In this document: positions 9,497 through 18,486 of the stretch, piece by piece
How the letters are laid out: the number at the start of each line of letters is the position of its first letter
Numbering within the stretch: position 1 is the first letter of the stretch
Source of the DNA: a virus
Taxonomy: Duplodnaviria > Caudoviricetes
Strand: one strand, 5' to 3'
DNA length: 58,229 nt
Virus record (IMG/VR): IMGVR_UViG_3300043434_000302
Coordinates: 1 to 58,229 of that record
Made by a program: the position numbers and the translations under genes
Notes under the pieces: model-generated
What the model saw: only the letters and a program-made list of their open reading frames with translations
What the model was told of the DNA's origin: nothing
The model's database searches: none

Positions 9497-9742
9497 TTAC
9501 GAGGTCGTCTTCGCGCTTAAAACCGCTTGTGCGGTATCTTCTAGTTCAAGGATGAAGCGCAACTCTGCTGCTCTACCTTGATCAAATTTGTGGTCCGGAA
9601 CGGTCTCCAACTTGTCCCTGCAAGCCTCCAGCCGCTCCATTAGAAAGATCATCAAGTCCTTCCACTGGGGCTGCGCCGCCAGTTGGATCACCGCCTGCGC
9701 CGCTTGCGGCGAGCATCTGCTGCTGTTGTGCTTGCGCTTCAA
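9497..9742 (-). CDS. small portal-adjacent protein overlapping the portal 3' end
   Basis: TTG start with AAGGAG 7 nt upstream; helical QPQW..L......QGRAAELR pattern. Confidence 0.65.
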   Translation of the reverse strand: MKRKHNSSRCSPQAAQAVIQLAAQPQWKDLMIFLMERLEACRDKLETVPDHKFDQGRAAELRFILELEDTAQAVLSAKTTS

Positions 9743-11618
9743 TTTGCAGCTCCTTGTCAGTCTTGATTACTTCGTCTGGGTTAATATCCATACTCTTTGC
9801 AATCTCTGTTAGCAACTCTTTACGTTTTGTTATAGCAACGTCCATAGGATTACTTATCAGAGACATAAATTGCAACAAGCGTTGCGAGCGAACTTCACGC
9901 TGAATGAGTGAAGTACTACCTCGAGCGGTCACATTAAGGTCGCCCTTAGCCTTCTCGTTGTCGCTCCACTCCATGTTCCAGTGATACAGAGACTTGATCA
10001 GAGGAATGATTAGGTAGTCGTCGACGTTCTTTAGTGTCGACTTCAGCGCGACGTTGGCGTTGCCCATCAGGATGGACATACCAGTGGCTGTCTTGTTGAG
10101 CTGTTGGCCTGCATCACCGTGCGTGTATGACGGCAAAGAGGTAGTTTCGTCGGCAAACTTGCGGAACATCTCGATGATGCTGGTCAGTCCATTAGCGTTT
10201 GCCACCGGCTGGTTAAAGCGGACAGCAGGGGCGTTGGGATCGCCGCCACTACGCAGGAAGACTTTCCAAGGATGCAGATCGGTTGGATCTTCACCGGCCT
10301 CTAGGAAGTCCATGTTGACTTCGACCATTGGTCCAGAGGAGATCGCCATGTTGTCGATAAAGATACGGGTCGCCGCGTTCATCGTCGACTGCGAATCGCG
10401 CATCATGCGAGGCACGCCTGTACCCCAGAACTGGTGCGGGTTACGCTCGTATGGGAAGCAATTGTAAGGAATGCGACCATCCGGAATCGGGTTCAGCGTG
10501 GCGCGGATTACTTTGCCAGCACAGATCCAAATGTTTGCGTCGTAGTCGTCGTCTTCTTCAGAACCCTCTGGCAGCTCTGCGCCTGCCTCAAGAAGGTCGG
10601 TTCCGTTGATGGATCCCCAGTACTCAAGCACTTCGAACCGATTGTTTGGCCCAGACTGCAGCTTGATGTTGGCGACTTCACGACGAATGCGCTCGTGATC
10701 TTCTTCAACGTGGTTACCACGAGGACTATCAGAGAGGATCTCTTCAATTGCGTCGCTGTCGAAGCCGTCAAGGTCACGCAGATCGCGGAACTGGCGGCGG
10801 GTAAGAACGTGGCGGCGGAACAAACCATGAAGGTCTTCGTTCGACGTCGCGTAAGGATCTGGATATATGTCGAAAATCGATACCGACTCGATGTCAGGCT
10901 TGACCTGCTCGACGACAGTAAGAGAGTGCGCCTGTACGCCGTTGACGTAGCTACGCTTCCAGCGCTTGTTGCGCTCGATTCTAACGGTGCCGCCCTTGAT
11001 GCAGCCGGTGCCGAAGATGCAGGACTCCATGATGGCTTCCTTAATCTTCTGCTCAGCATTGGCTTCGCCAAGTTGATCGCGGACAAGGATGGTCATTTCT
11101 GAGGCGGCTAGCTTGGCGCGGCGTCGAACCTCATCACGCACCTGATCCATGAGCTCATCGCGACGCTCATTGATGATATCGAGAACCATCGTTGGTGAAG
11201 CTACACCAGACGCCTGCATAATTTCAGCAGTGGCTTCTTTGGTGATCGCAGCCATCTCGAGCGGGTCCAGCTCAGGTATTGCTGTGGGATCGATGCTGTA
11301 GAAGTCCTGACCACTCTGGAAAAGAAGGTCAACCAGACGCGAAAACGCCGACATCACCTTAGTGCGGGTGAGGCCGACGAATACTTTCGAGCGTGTACCG
11401 GTTAGTTTGGCGAGGACGTCGGGGTCATACTCCCCCAAAAATTGGCGGAAACTCGAGAGCCACTCATCCTCAATATCATTACGGGCGTCTTTGTACTCAG
11501 TGAACAAAGATTGCAGACGCGGACCCAGACCCTGAAACTCTTCAAGGTCTTCCTCACGCTTCTCTACTGGTGCGAATTCTCCATTGTCTTCGTCTTCTAT
11601 TTCGTCTTCGTACATCAA
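9582..11618 (-). CDS. portal protein (P22-like)
   Basis: 678 aa immediately after TerL; DIYPDP, FWGTGVP.MMRDSQ...N...R...DN and ADETT.LP.Y motifs. Confidence 0.9.
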   Translation of the reverse strand: MMYEDEIEDEDNGEFAPVEKREEDLEEFQGLGPRLQSLFTEYKDARNDIEDEWLSSFRQFLGEYDPDVLAKLTGTRSKVFVGLTRTKVMSAFSRLVDLLFQSGQDFYSIDPTAIPELDPLEMAAITKEATAEIMQASGVASPTMVLDIINERRDELMDQVRDEVRRRAKLAASEMTILVRDQLGEANAEQKIKEAIMESCIFGTGCIKGGTVRIERNKRWKRSYVNGVQAHSLTVVEQVKPDIESVSIFDIYPDPYATSNEDLHGLFRRHVLTRRQFRDLRDLDGFDSDAIEEILSDSPRGNHVEEDHERIRREVANIKLQSGPNNRFEVLEYWGSINGTDLLEAGAELPEGSEEDDDYDANIWICAGKVIRATLNPIPDGRIPYNCFPYERNPHQFWGTGVPRMMRDSQSTMNAATRIFIDNMAISSGPMVEVNMDFLEAGEDPTDLHPWKVFLRSGGDPNAPAVRFNQPVANANGLTSIIEMFRKFADETTSLPSYTHGDAGQQLNKTATGMSILMGNANVALKSTLKNVDDYLIIPLIKSLYHWNMEWSDNEKAKGDLNVTARGSTSLIQREVRSQRLLQFMSLISNPMDVAITKRKELLTEIAKSMDINPDEVIKTDKELQIEAQAQQQQMLAASGAGGDPTGGAAPVEGLDDLSNGAAGGLQGQVGDRSGPQI

Positions 11619-13201
11619 TACCCCACGACGCTATCGAACGGCTCGTACCTTGTCGCCGCAACTTTTGACTTGCGGTTACGCGGCATCGAGTTAAGTCCGA
11701 ATAGAGCTATTGCATATGACATTACTCTGTCATCAAAGCAACCCGACTTAGCATTCGTAATGCCTTTGTCATCAATAACGTAGTTACGCAACTCTTTTAC
11801 AAGTTCTACGTCCGCTATTCCACTATCACGCTTACGCAAAAGCGCTGCAAGATTATCGATAATCAATGGTTTTGTCTTACTAGACGTATAAAAACCTGCA
11901 CGCTTAGTCATTCTGTCTGCATACGCATCATCGACTGTATGTTCAACATAAAGATTTGGATAGCCCAGATCCTGCATGCGGCGGATTGTGGTCAGACCGT
12001 GGTTGTTTCGCTCAGGAATAATGTAGGCGCGGTTGAACATCTTGCCCAATGCGGCAAGCTGATCACCCAATTCATATGGATCGATGTGCAAGTGCCACGT
12101 CGCAACCTGCCTACCAAGCGAATCCAGCACCTGAGCAACTGTGTAGTCTCCATGCGCCAGACCTTCAGCTACGTCGACGCCGATGCAGTAGCGCTCATCT
12201 GGATCGATGCGCTTGATCCACTGCTTGTATGATCCCTTTTCGTGCGGCGTGACATTGCCGTCCTTGAAGCTGCCTTCTAGCTCTGGTGTGTAGCAGTTAC
12301 GCTCCGCGTCCATGAGGCAGTCTTCTTCAACAAAGCTGCGGCCAGAGAACAGGAACGCTTCTTCGGGCGTGCAGGGATACTCCTGCTTGAATAGATCCAG
12401 AGATCCAAGCTCGTCTATCTTCGACCGCCGCCAGTTCAACTTCTCGTTCGAGAGGCTGTATAGCGCAGCGAGCTTTGCTTCCTCTGCCGTGACGGCGAAA
12501 TACGGATCGCACTTCTTCTCGTACTCTGGAAGCCAGAACCACGGAATAAAGATGACAATCCAGTCGCTGTCGCCTCTTAGCGCCTTCATCACCTGTTCGT
12601 AGAACCAGCCGCCTGCGCCGTTCGCCGTGGACTCAACGATAACTTCGGAGTTTTCGGCGGGGACAGACTGCAGTAGACCTGCCACAATCTCGCCACTGTT
12701 TGGATAGAATGCTGCCTCAGATGCATGCACGTAGCGGTTTGTCATACCGCGACCAATGTTTGTGGATCGCGCAGTACCAATACGATACTGGGAATTCAGC
12801 TTGTCGAACTCAAGCGATGTGGTGGTGCTCGACTTCAGGGCTGGCTTAAAGATTGGGTGAGCCGCGTTGTCGTAGAAGAACTTGACCATGCGGAAGATGG
12901 CGGTGGTGGACTCAGCAAGGTGAGAGAGCACGAAGGCGTTGGCGTTCTTGGTCTTTGTGGTCTTCCAGTAAAAGCGGCCTTCCACGTATGTGGAGATGCC
13001 CATCTGACGGCCCTTAATGACCAGAGCTCGAATACGACCGGTTTCTGCTAGCTGCGTCTCGAGCTTATCGTGCAGGATAAGTTGACCGCGATTGAGCTTG
13101 AACGGCTTGATCTCGCTCTTCTTGTCGACAATGCGCAGCACGTTCTTTGCGTACATGGGGAAGTCCCCCATTAGCTTCTTTGCGACATCCTCTATTTCCA
13201 C
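11615..13201 (-). CDS. terL: terminase large subunit
   Basis: Walker A-like KGRQMGIST, Walker B VHASE, ESTANG, nuclease IGVDVAEG...DDRVM; GTG start at 13201 preferred (ORF is open from 13231). Confidence 0.93.
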   Translation of the reverse strand: MEIEDVAKKLMGDFPMYAKNVLRIVDKKSEIKPFKLNRGQLILHDKLETQLAETGRIRALVIKGRQMGISTYVEGRFYWKTTKTKNANAFVLSHLAESTTAIFRMVKFFYDNAAHPIFKPALKSSTTTSLEFDKLNSQYRIGTARSTNIGRGMTNRYVHASEAAFYPNSGEIVAGLLQSVPAENSEVIVESTANGAGGWFYEQVMKALRGDSDWIVIFIPWFWLPEYEKKCDPYFAVTAEEAKLAALYSLSNEKLNWRRSKIDELGSLDLFKQEYPCTPEEAFLFSGRSFVEEDCLMDAERNCYTPELEGSFKDGNVTPHEKGSYKQWIKRIDPDERYCIGVDVAEGLAHGDYTVAQVLDSLGRQVATWHLHIDPYELGDQLAALGKMFNRAYIIPERNNHGLTTIRRMQDLGYPNLYVEHTVDDAYADRMTKRAGFYTSSKTKPLIIDNLAALLRKRDSGIADVELVKELRNYVIDDKGITNAKSGCFDDRVMSYAIALFGLNSMPRNRKSKVAATRYEPFDSVVGY

Positions 13202-13656
13202 AAACCCATACCTTTGACGATATCTAAGCACCAGTCGAGCAACTCATCGTCGTTCATGCGGCGCTTCATATAATTAACTGCAACGCAGACCAACCTTACA
13301 TTTCCGGCAGAGTACGGCTTGTTGGAGTCGATACGATCAATGCTGACATTAGTACCAACCGCATTACCTTCGAAGGTAAATCTCTTGCGGGTGACTGCGC
13401 ATCGCCCATCCTGTTTCTTTAGGAGCTCGAGCAAGTGATCGAGCGTGAAACAATCTGATGCGAACCCACCGCCTTTTGTTCTTCGCTTTGCATCTAGATA
13501 GCGGTGCTTGAGGTAGGCCTCAACGGAATCATATTTGCTGTGACGTCGCGCAGGTGGGCATGACGCGCAGCGGGAAGAGTACCGCCCAGTTTTAGGGTTT
13601 AGGCGGTACTCTGATTGGGGCTTTGATTGGCCGCAGTTGGTGCAGTTTCTCTGCAC
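13192..13656 (-). CDS. His-Me finger (HNH-like) endonuclease with Zn ribbon
   Basis: CxxC pairs; QDGRCAVT...SIDRIDS...Y..GNVRLV....N.MK. Confidence 0.8.
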   Translation of the reverse strand: MQRNCTNCGQSKPQSEYRLNPKTGRYSSRCASCPPARRHSKYDSVEAYLKHRYLDAKRRTKGGGFASDCFTLDHLLELLKKQDGRCAVTRKRFTFEGNAVGTNVSIDRIDSNKPYSAGNVRLVCVAVNYMKRRMNDDELLDWCLDIVKGMGLWK

Positions 13657-13672
13657 CTGTCCACTTTCTTGC

Positions 13673-13843
13673 TTACTTCTTCTTTGCCTTCATGAGCATC
13701 TTCATCTTGCCAGCCATTTCCTTGGCTTTGCCTTTATACTCTTTGATTTCACCCTTGGCGTAAGCAGCTTTGCCGCCCTTTTTCTTTTCCATCTTTTCTT
13801 CCATCTTGGATTCTTTACCCTTGAACGGCATTGGCTTCTTCAT
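13673..13843 (-). CDS. small Lys/Met-rich basic protein
   Basis: MKKPMPFKGKESKMEEKMEKK...; GGAG RBS; ATGA overlap with the spanin gene. Confidence 0.6.
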   Translation of the reverse strand: MKKPMPFKGKESKMEEKMEKKKGGKAAYAKGEIKEYKGKAKEMAGKMKMLMKAKKK

Positions 13844-14088
13844 TTGATTTCTCCACAAGCGGCCAACATGGCCTGTAACTTAGCCTCGTACCCCTTGCGG
13901 AGTTCTCGCTCCGCAAGCAGTACCTTTACTCTTTCAAATATTCCAGCGCTTTCTGCGACTGTTGGATAGATCGGGGCGACTGGCTGCTCTTTGATGCAAG
14001 GCACCGCCACTGGGATCTTGATTTCAATTGGTGGCTTGGACGCACAGCCAAGCAAGAGCAGGACTGGCAGCAGGGCTAAGGCACGCAT
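13840..14088 (-). CDS. o-spanin lipoprotein (Rz1-like)
   Basis: MRALALLPVLLLLG-C lipobox and Pro-rich segment; follows the i-spanin. Confidence 0.8.
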   Translation of the reverse strand: MRALALLPVLLLLGCASKPPIEIKIPVAVPCIKEQPVAPIYPTVAESAGIFERVKVLLAERELRKGYEAKLQAMLAACGEIK

Positions 14089-14438
14089 TACTGGTACTCC
14101 TTCAGTAGATCGAGGGCAGCAATGCATTCATCGCTGTTGGTCGGCACGGACACGAGGATGCGGGTTGCCTTACCGGCGTGCCACTTCTCCACGACGCGAG
14201 CCTCCTTGAGCGCCTTCTCTGCGGCAGCAGCCGATTTTTTTTCAACTACTTTGTATGCTTCGATCTGCGCATTCTGCTTCTCGACCTGAGCAGTCAAGTC
14301 TGTGTAGCGGATCTTCTGCTTGAGGAGATCATTCTCAAGCCCAGCGTTGGACACCCACAACCAGCCGATGACGGCCACAAGAATGGCGTACCCAAAAAAT
14401 CGGCGGAAACTCCACGCAACCCTCAACGCCTCAATCAT
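14088..14438 (-). CDS. i-spanin (Rz-like)
   Basis: N-terminal TM helix, coiled coil and C-terminal Cys; in the lysis cluster. Confidence 0.75.
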   Translation of the reverse strand: MIEALRVAWSFRRFFGYAILVAVIGWLWVSNAGLENDLLKQKIRYTDLTAQVEKQNAQIEAYKVVEKKSAAAAEKALKEARVVEKWHAGKATRILVSVPTNSDECIAALDLLKEYQ

Positions 14439-14685
14439 TTCCTGACCCCTTAATCTTGCCCCATTCCCTCACAGCAAACGCAGCGGCAATGGCGGTAACC
14501 AATAGAGACAGCCCAGTCATATCACTGGGAGCCTCACCTTTTGCAAAGAGCATGTACAGCGGAGCGACGACGCCATGCACCGCCATAGTTCCAGCGATCC
14601 AGATGCAGGTCATAGGCCTCCACCACTTGCGGATCACGCACAGCGCTACAGCTTCAAAGTCTAGAAGGCGTTGCTTCAAGCTCAT
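14431..14685 (-). CDS. holin
   Basis: 84 aa with two hydrophobic segments, WRP motif and basic C-terminus (REWGKIKG); next to the endolysin. Confidence 0.7.
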   Translation of the reverse strand: MSLKQRLLDFEAVALCVIRKWWRPMTCIWIAGTMAVHGVVAPLYMLFAKGEAPSDMTGLSLLVTAIAAAFAVREWGKIKGSGND

Positions 14686-15155
14686 GCCTCGTTGTCCGAA
14701 ACTGGAGCATTGGAAGCTACGTGGACAGGACCACCGGTTACCGGTACGCCCTTCGGCCAGCGGATCGCTACACAGCGGCTCTTGGCAATACGCATCACGT
14801 TGACGGCGTTCTGTTGATTGCCGCCCAGTACACGGTAGTAGAAGCGGTCCTCGCCTACATAGAAGCCGACGTGACCACCGCCACTACGAGCGAACACAAG
14901 GATCGCGCCTTCACACACATGAGTGGGACGCAGGTTGGAGCCATATTCCTTCCACGCCAGTGCGCGATACCAATGCTGAGGAACGGGTAGACCTGCTTCA
15001 CGCAGGCAGTGGGCAACGAACGTGCCGCACCAAGGCGTCTCATCATCCTTCCACCAAGCACCAAGCTTGGCGAGCCACGCCTGAATTTTCGTATTGTGTT
15101 TTGGGCCAGCGACTTCCTTTAGGCCGATAGACTCACGAGCTATCTTCATCCACAT
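14682..15155 (-). CDS. endolysin, NlpC/P60-CHAP type (TIGR02594-like)
   Basis: DDETPWCGTFV...GGGHVGFY...LGGNQ catalytic Cys/His motifs. Confidence 0.88.
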   Translation of the reverse strand: MWMKIARESIGLKEVAGPKHNTKIQAWLAKLGAWWKDDETPWCGTFVAHCLREAGLPVPQHWYRALAWKEYGSNLRPTHVCEGAILVFARSGGGHVGFYVGEDRFYYRVLGGNQQNAVNVMRIAKSRCVAIRWPKGVPVTGGPVHVASNAPVSDNEA

Positions 15156-15307
15156 TATTTTTTCTTTCGTGCAGCTCGCATGTTGTCCACGAGATTAGGA
15201 TAAGGTCGACCCGCTTTCTTGGCTGCAGCCTTAGCGCTCGCCTTCTGGCTATCAGTCAACGGTGTCGACTTCTTCTTTGGATTCGGCTTGTCCCATACTT
15301 TCTTCAT
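15155..15307 (-). CDS. small basic phage protein (50 aa, not in ORF track)
   Basis: MKKVWDKPNPKKKSTPLT...GRPYPNLVDNMRAARKKK; GAGG RBS; TAATG coupling to the endolysin. Confidence 0.7.
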   Translation of the reverse strand: MKKVWDKPNPKKKSTPLTDSQKASAKAAAKKAGRPYPNLVDNMRAARKKK

Positions 15308-15316
15308 GTCCGCACC

Positions 15317-15943
15317 TCAGTAGTGGTATTCGTCCACGTCTCCATAGCGTGTAAAGTCGTGGTTTTCTACTGCAAAGAACTCACCAGACGCCTTAAAGTC
15401 TGGAGTGAGGACCACCTCTGGTGTCAGCGAGATGTCGTAAACGCGCATCCGATTATTGGGATAGGCGCAGAACTGGCCGTTCTCGAGCGCCAAGACGTTC
15501 ATAGCCTTGTGCTCAGACGGGATCTCAGACGTGCCGCAGTCGACCACGTCGTTGTCTGGATGGTAGTTGTCCAGTGTGAATAGATACTCCGCCTTCACAG
15601 TATCCCCGCTACGCAGACGCGCCTCGTACTGCATGCTGGCGATGAACTGCTTGCAGATCGAAACTACACCATAGTCCATGCAGTTCCAGAACTGTAGATC
15701 CGAAAGCGGGTAATCTGGCTTCGGCGTTTCCGGCCTCGACACAAAAGCGGAAATCGGAAGCTTATCGAAGAAGGCACCATACTCTGGAAGGTACGTCTCG
15801 AAGTACAGGGCTCGACCAGCAATGGACTTAGCCGTCACCCACACGCCTTTGACAAACTCGCCGTGGCCGTCCTTCATGTCGCGCAGATACTCTTTGCGCA
15901 CCCACACAGCTTGAGATGGGATGTTTACTAGGAGAGTGCTCAC
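15317..15943 (-). CDS. conserved phage hypothetical protein
   Basis: About 208 aa from the GTG overlapping the upstream stop; VRKEYL, DKLPISAF, YLFTLD and YPNNR motifs. Confidence 0.75.
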   Translation of the reverse strand: MSTLLVNIPSQAVWVRKEYLRDMKDGHGEFVKGVWVTAKSIAGRALYFETYLPEYGAFFDKLPISAFVSRPETPKPDYPLSDLQFWNCMDYGVVSICKQFIASMQYEARLRSGDTVKAEYLFTLDNYHPDNDVVDCGTSEIPSEHKAMNVLALENGQFCAYPNNRMRVYDISLTPEVVLTPDFKASGEFFAVENHDFTRYGDVDEYHY

Positions 15944-16611
15944 CACTTCACCTTGTCGGCGTTGTGAATAGCGACAGCCCTGCACCAGCGAATAAATTCC
16001 CCATTTGGCATGTTGCGCTTCATCATGTTGAGTTGCTTGTGGATCAACTGCACATTGTCCTCAGTGTACCCGTGACTACTGTCGATCCGGTCAATAGAAA
16101 CCGTCTCGTCCTTGTAGCCGTTAAGCAGCGGTATTCCAGACAGCGCACAGCAGCCTTCCTGCCGTTCCCACAGCCCATTCACAAAGTCCGCCGATAGCTC
16201 CCACTTAAGCCCCCGCTGTCTCGCGGATACCTCGAACTTCCGTAGCCAACCGACCCTTACGTTGCCATCGAAGCCAGTTGCCTCAGCAGTGAACGCCTTA
16301 TCTGCAGCGGCGCACGCCTTGCAACGCCATCCACTCGAACTACTGGTCTTGGCGTGATCCATTCTGGTGTACGCCTGCTCAGTTCCACACGAAGCACAGG
16401 AGCTACACCATTTGCCGTCATCGTTCTTGTAAACAGCATCCTTAGGCAGGTCTTTCGCTCGGTAGTCGATGCGGCAGTTTCTGCAGTTTTCCCTTTTCAG
16501 TGCGGCCAGTGCACCCGCCCGTGACGCGTAGTCGACTTCGCGTTCGCAACCTTTGCACGAAATAACGAAGCGGTCACCGCGTTCGTGTATGGGGGCGTCG
16601 ATCACTACCAT
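15940..16611 (-). CDS. free-standing His-Me finger homing endonuclease with Zn ribbons
   Basis: Four CxxC; QEGCCALSG...SIDRIDS..GY..DNVQL.HK..N.MK; ATG at 16611 overlaps the upstream stop. Confidence 0.8.
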   Translation of the reverse strand: MVVIDAPIHERGDRFVISCKGCEREVDYASRAGALAALKRENCRNCRIDYRAKDLPKDAVYKNDDGKWCSSCASCGTEQAYTRMDHAKTSSSSGWRCKACAAADKAFTAEATGFDGNVRVGWLRKFEVSARQRGLKWELSADFVNGLWERQEGCCALSGIPLLNGYKDETVSIDRIDSSHGYTEDNVQLIHKQLNMMKRNMPNGEFIRWCRAVAIHNADKVKW

Positions 16612-16868
16612 TTCGTCTTCGAAGCCCAATAAGCCGCCGACATCTTTCCCTTGTCGATGTTCTTCGCGTGACGTGCCTTGAATGACTCATTGCGTTTGGA
16701 GCCATCCGGAGATCCCTTAACGCCCTGCTGGCCGAAGCGGATCGTCTTCACTGTGTCGCCAGACTTAGCAACGACCACATGAGACTTAGTTGGATGAGAT
16801 GGAGTCGCCTTGGGCTTGTTGTAGCCAGACACACCTGCCTTCTCGAGACGTGGATCTTTCTTACTCAC
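16605..16868 (-). CDS. small basic conserved phage protein (DUF6321-like)
   Basis: KTIRFGQQG...SFKARH...SAAYW motifs. Confidence 0.75.
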   Translation of the reverse strand: MSKKDPRLEKAGVSGYNKPKATPSHPTKSHVVVAKSGDTVKTIRFGQQGVKGSPDGSKRNESFKARHAKNIDKGKMSAAYWASKTKW

Positions 16869-16880
16869 CGAATTCCCCTT

Positions 16881-16985
16881 CTACCGCCATTGCTCCTTTA
16901 TGGCCTGTGACTCATTCAACACCCGCTCAAGAGGATACTTCGGCTTCCTCTCCTTGCGAGCCTTCTTCTTTATCTTTCGATCCAT
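16881..16985 (-). CDS. possible 34-aa basic peptide
   Basis: MDRKIKKKARKERKPKYPLERV...; fills a gap in the late operon. Confidence 0.35.
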   Translation of the reverse strand: MDRKIKKKARKERKPKYPLERVLNESQAIKEQWR

Positions 16986-17122
16986 GCCACTACGCATCCA
17001 AGGCGGATGAGGAAGGCTCCTTCGTAGATCTCAATGCCGAAGCTGAAGACGTTGAAGGACAAGCAGAGGTTAAAGCTGGTTGCCCCGCTGCCAATTGATA
17101 GACCTGTAAGTTTCTCTCGCAT
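16970..17122 (-). CDS. possible 50-aa hydrophobic protein
   Basis: MREKLTGLSIGSG...VVAWIER; same strand as the late operon; weak RBS. Confidence 0.3.
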   Translation of the reverse strand: MREKLTGLSIGSGATSFNLCLSFNVFSFGIEIYEGAFLIRLGCVVAWIER

Positions 17123-17354
17123 GCAGCGTAACTACTGACATTGTGAGGGATAGGCAACAGTCAATCATTCTTCGCATAATTCTTATGGGGTAAACATGAT
17201 TTGTTTATTTTTATTTTTTTTGGGTTGGGTTCCTAAAAAGACCCCCCCGTCTGTTATGGATGGGGTTGGGGAGTAGGGGTACGAAACATAGGGCTACACA
17301 TTGAGATAGGTCTTATGGAACCGTGCAGGTCGAGGCGGGGTCGCGGCACCACGT

Positions 17355-17377
17355 CCCCCCCCCCTCCCCCTCCCCCC
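17355..17377. repeat. C10-T-C5-T-C6 homopolymer tract
   Basis: Read directly; lies in the ~420-bp non-coding stretch downstream of terS. Confidence 0.9.
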
Positions 17378-17542
17378 TATACACACACGCGCCGCACAGG
17401 AGGCATGCCACCTACGATCCGCAGCCGTTTTCTATGGGGAAAAGCCCAAGGCCTACGCAAAATCCAAAGCCCCAGAAAAAAACCCAAGAAAAACAAAGGG
17501 CAAACGACGACAACCTAGTCAGGGTCGTGGTCGTATGCTCAC

Positions 17543-18007
17543 CTATTGCAGCGTGTCGCTGTCGTCTTCGTCCGTCATGTCTAGGTTTGCGAGGAAGTCG
17601 CCGCCATTGATGGTCTCTATCTGTTTCTTCTCCGGTGCAAAGATCCCTTCGACCTTGCCCAGTAGCTCGAGCGCACGGATACGGGCGGCTGCAGGGCTGT
17701 CATCGTCCTTGGCCTCAGCCATGAGCTTGGAGACGATCCAATCAGCATCGAGAGAGAGCCTCTCCTTCTGCTCTGTCAGCGTTGGCTTCAGCCTCTTCTG
17801 TATCTTCTCCATTTTGAGCAGGTCACATGCGGTCACTCGCGAACCTTTCGGTGCATAACCTGCTGTGATGGCTGCTTGCGATCCGTTGCCACCATTAGCG
17901 ATGTAGGCGTGGATAAACGCCTGTTGCTTTGGCGTGATGTAGTCAGGGTTCTGGCTAGCCATGATCCGTGCCTTACCCTCTGGGCTGAGCTCTTTCTCTT
18001 TAGTCAT
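17543..18007 (-). CDS. terS: terminase small subunit
   Basis: ITPKQQAFIHAYIANGGNGSQAAITAGY HTH and RIRALELLGK motif. Confidence 0.9.
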   Translation of the reverse strand: MTKEKELSPEGKARIMASQNPDYITPKQQAFIHAYIANGGNGSQAAITAGYAPKGSRVTACDLLKMEKIQKRLKPTLTEQKERLSLDADWIVSKLMAEAKDDDSPAAARIRALELLGKVEGIFAPEKKQIETINGGDFLANLDMTDEDDSDTLQ

Positions 18008-18100
18008 TCAATTGATCCTCATTGCAGTCTGTCTGCTGTCTCTCCCTATACAGTCTTACCCCTCTATTGGAAAGAACATGACGGGATCGCCGCCCTCTGG

Positions 18101-18128
18101 GTTTTTCCGCCGAATTTTTGGGGATGGC
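18101..18128 (+). repeat. 28-bp direct repeat, copy 1 (GTTTTTCCGCCGAATTTTTGGGGATGGC)
   Basis: Identical to 18459-18486. Confidence 0.95.
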
Positions 18129-18157
18129 TTGACGCCTTCATCTCCCCTGATTATTGG
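18129..18157 (+). promoter_or_regulatory. putative sigma70-type promoter
   Basis: TTGACG-N17-TATTGG; same pattern as 22396-22424. Confidence 0.5.
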
Positions 18158-18189
18158 CGGCTCGTTCACTACACAAAGGAGGCATGAAC

Positions 18190-18405
18190 ATGTACACGCG
18201 AAACGATCCGATCATCGATAAGGTCTCATCCAATCTGTACCTTGTCGATATCAACGAGAAGTCTTTTGAGCTGGGGCGCTGGCCCTACGGACACAAGCGT
18301 GGATCGATCTGGAAAGCTTACGAAGTGACTGAAGACGAAGTCCGGTTCATCGAGACTTTCACCACCATGAAGGACGCTATGAGAGTCATGAAGGCTATGG
18401 CTTAG
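18190..18405 (+). CDS. small hypothetical protein in a moron-like cassette
   Basis: AGGAGG 7 nt before ATG 18190; has its own promoter and terminator; opposite strand to its neighbours. Confidence 0.75.
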   Translation: MYTRNDPIIDKVSSNLYLVDINEKSFELGRWPYGHKRGSIWKAYEVTEDEVRFIETFTTMKDAMRVMKAMA

Positions 18406-18431
18406 TCTCTCCCCTACTACAGGGAGATAAC

Positions 18432-18464
18432 AGGGGGTCGGCATCGCTGGCCCCTTTTGTTTTT
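18432..18464 (+). terminator. intrinsic terminator
   Basis: GGGGTCGGC-ATC-GCTGGCCCC followed by TTTTGTTTTT. Confidence 0.75.
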
Positions 18465-18486
18465 CCGCCGAATTTTTGGGGATGGC
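18459..18486 (+). repeat. 28-bp direct repeat, copy 2 (overlaps the tRNA 3' GCCA)
   Basis: Identical to 18101-18128. Confidence 0.95.

Noticed and set aside
15940-16611. Group I intron carrying the endonuclease
   Set aside because: The ORF abuts both neighbours with no space for intron core elements, and the upstream gene has its own complete terminus.
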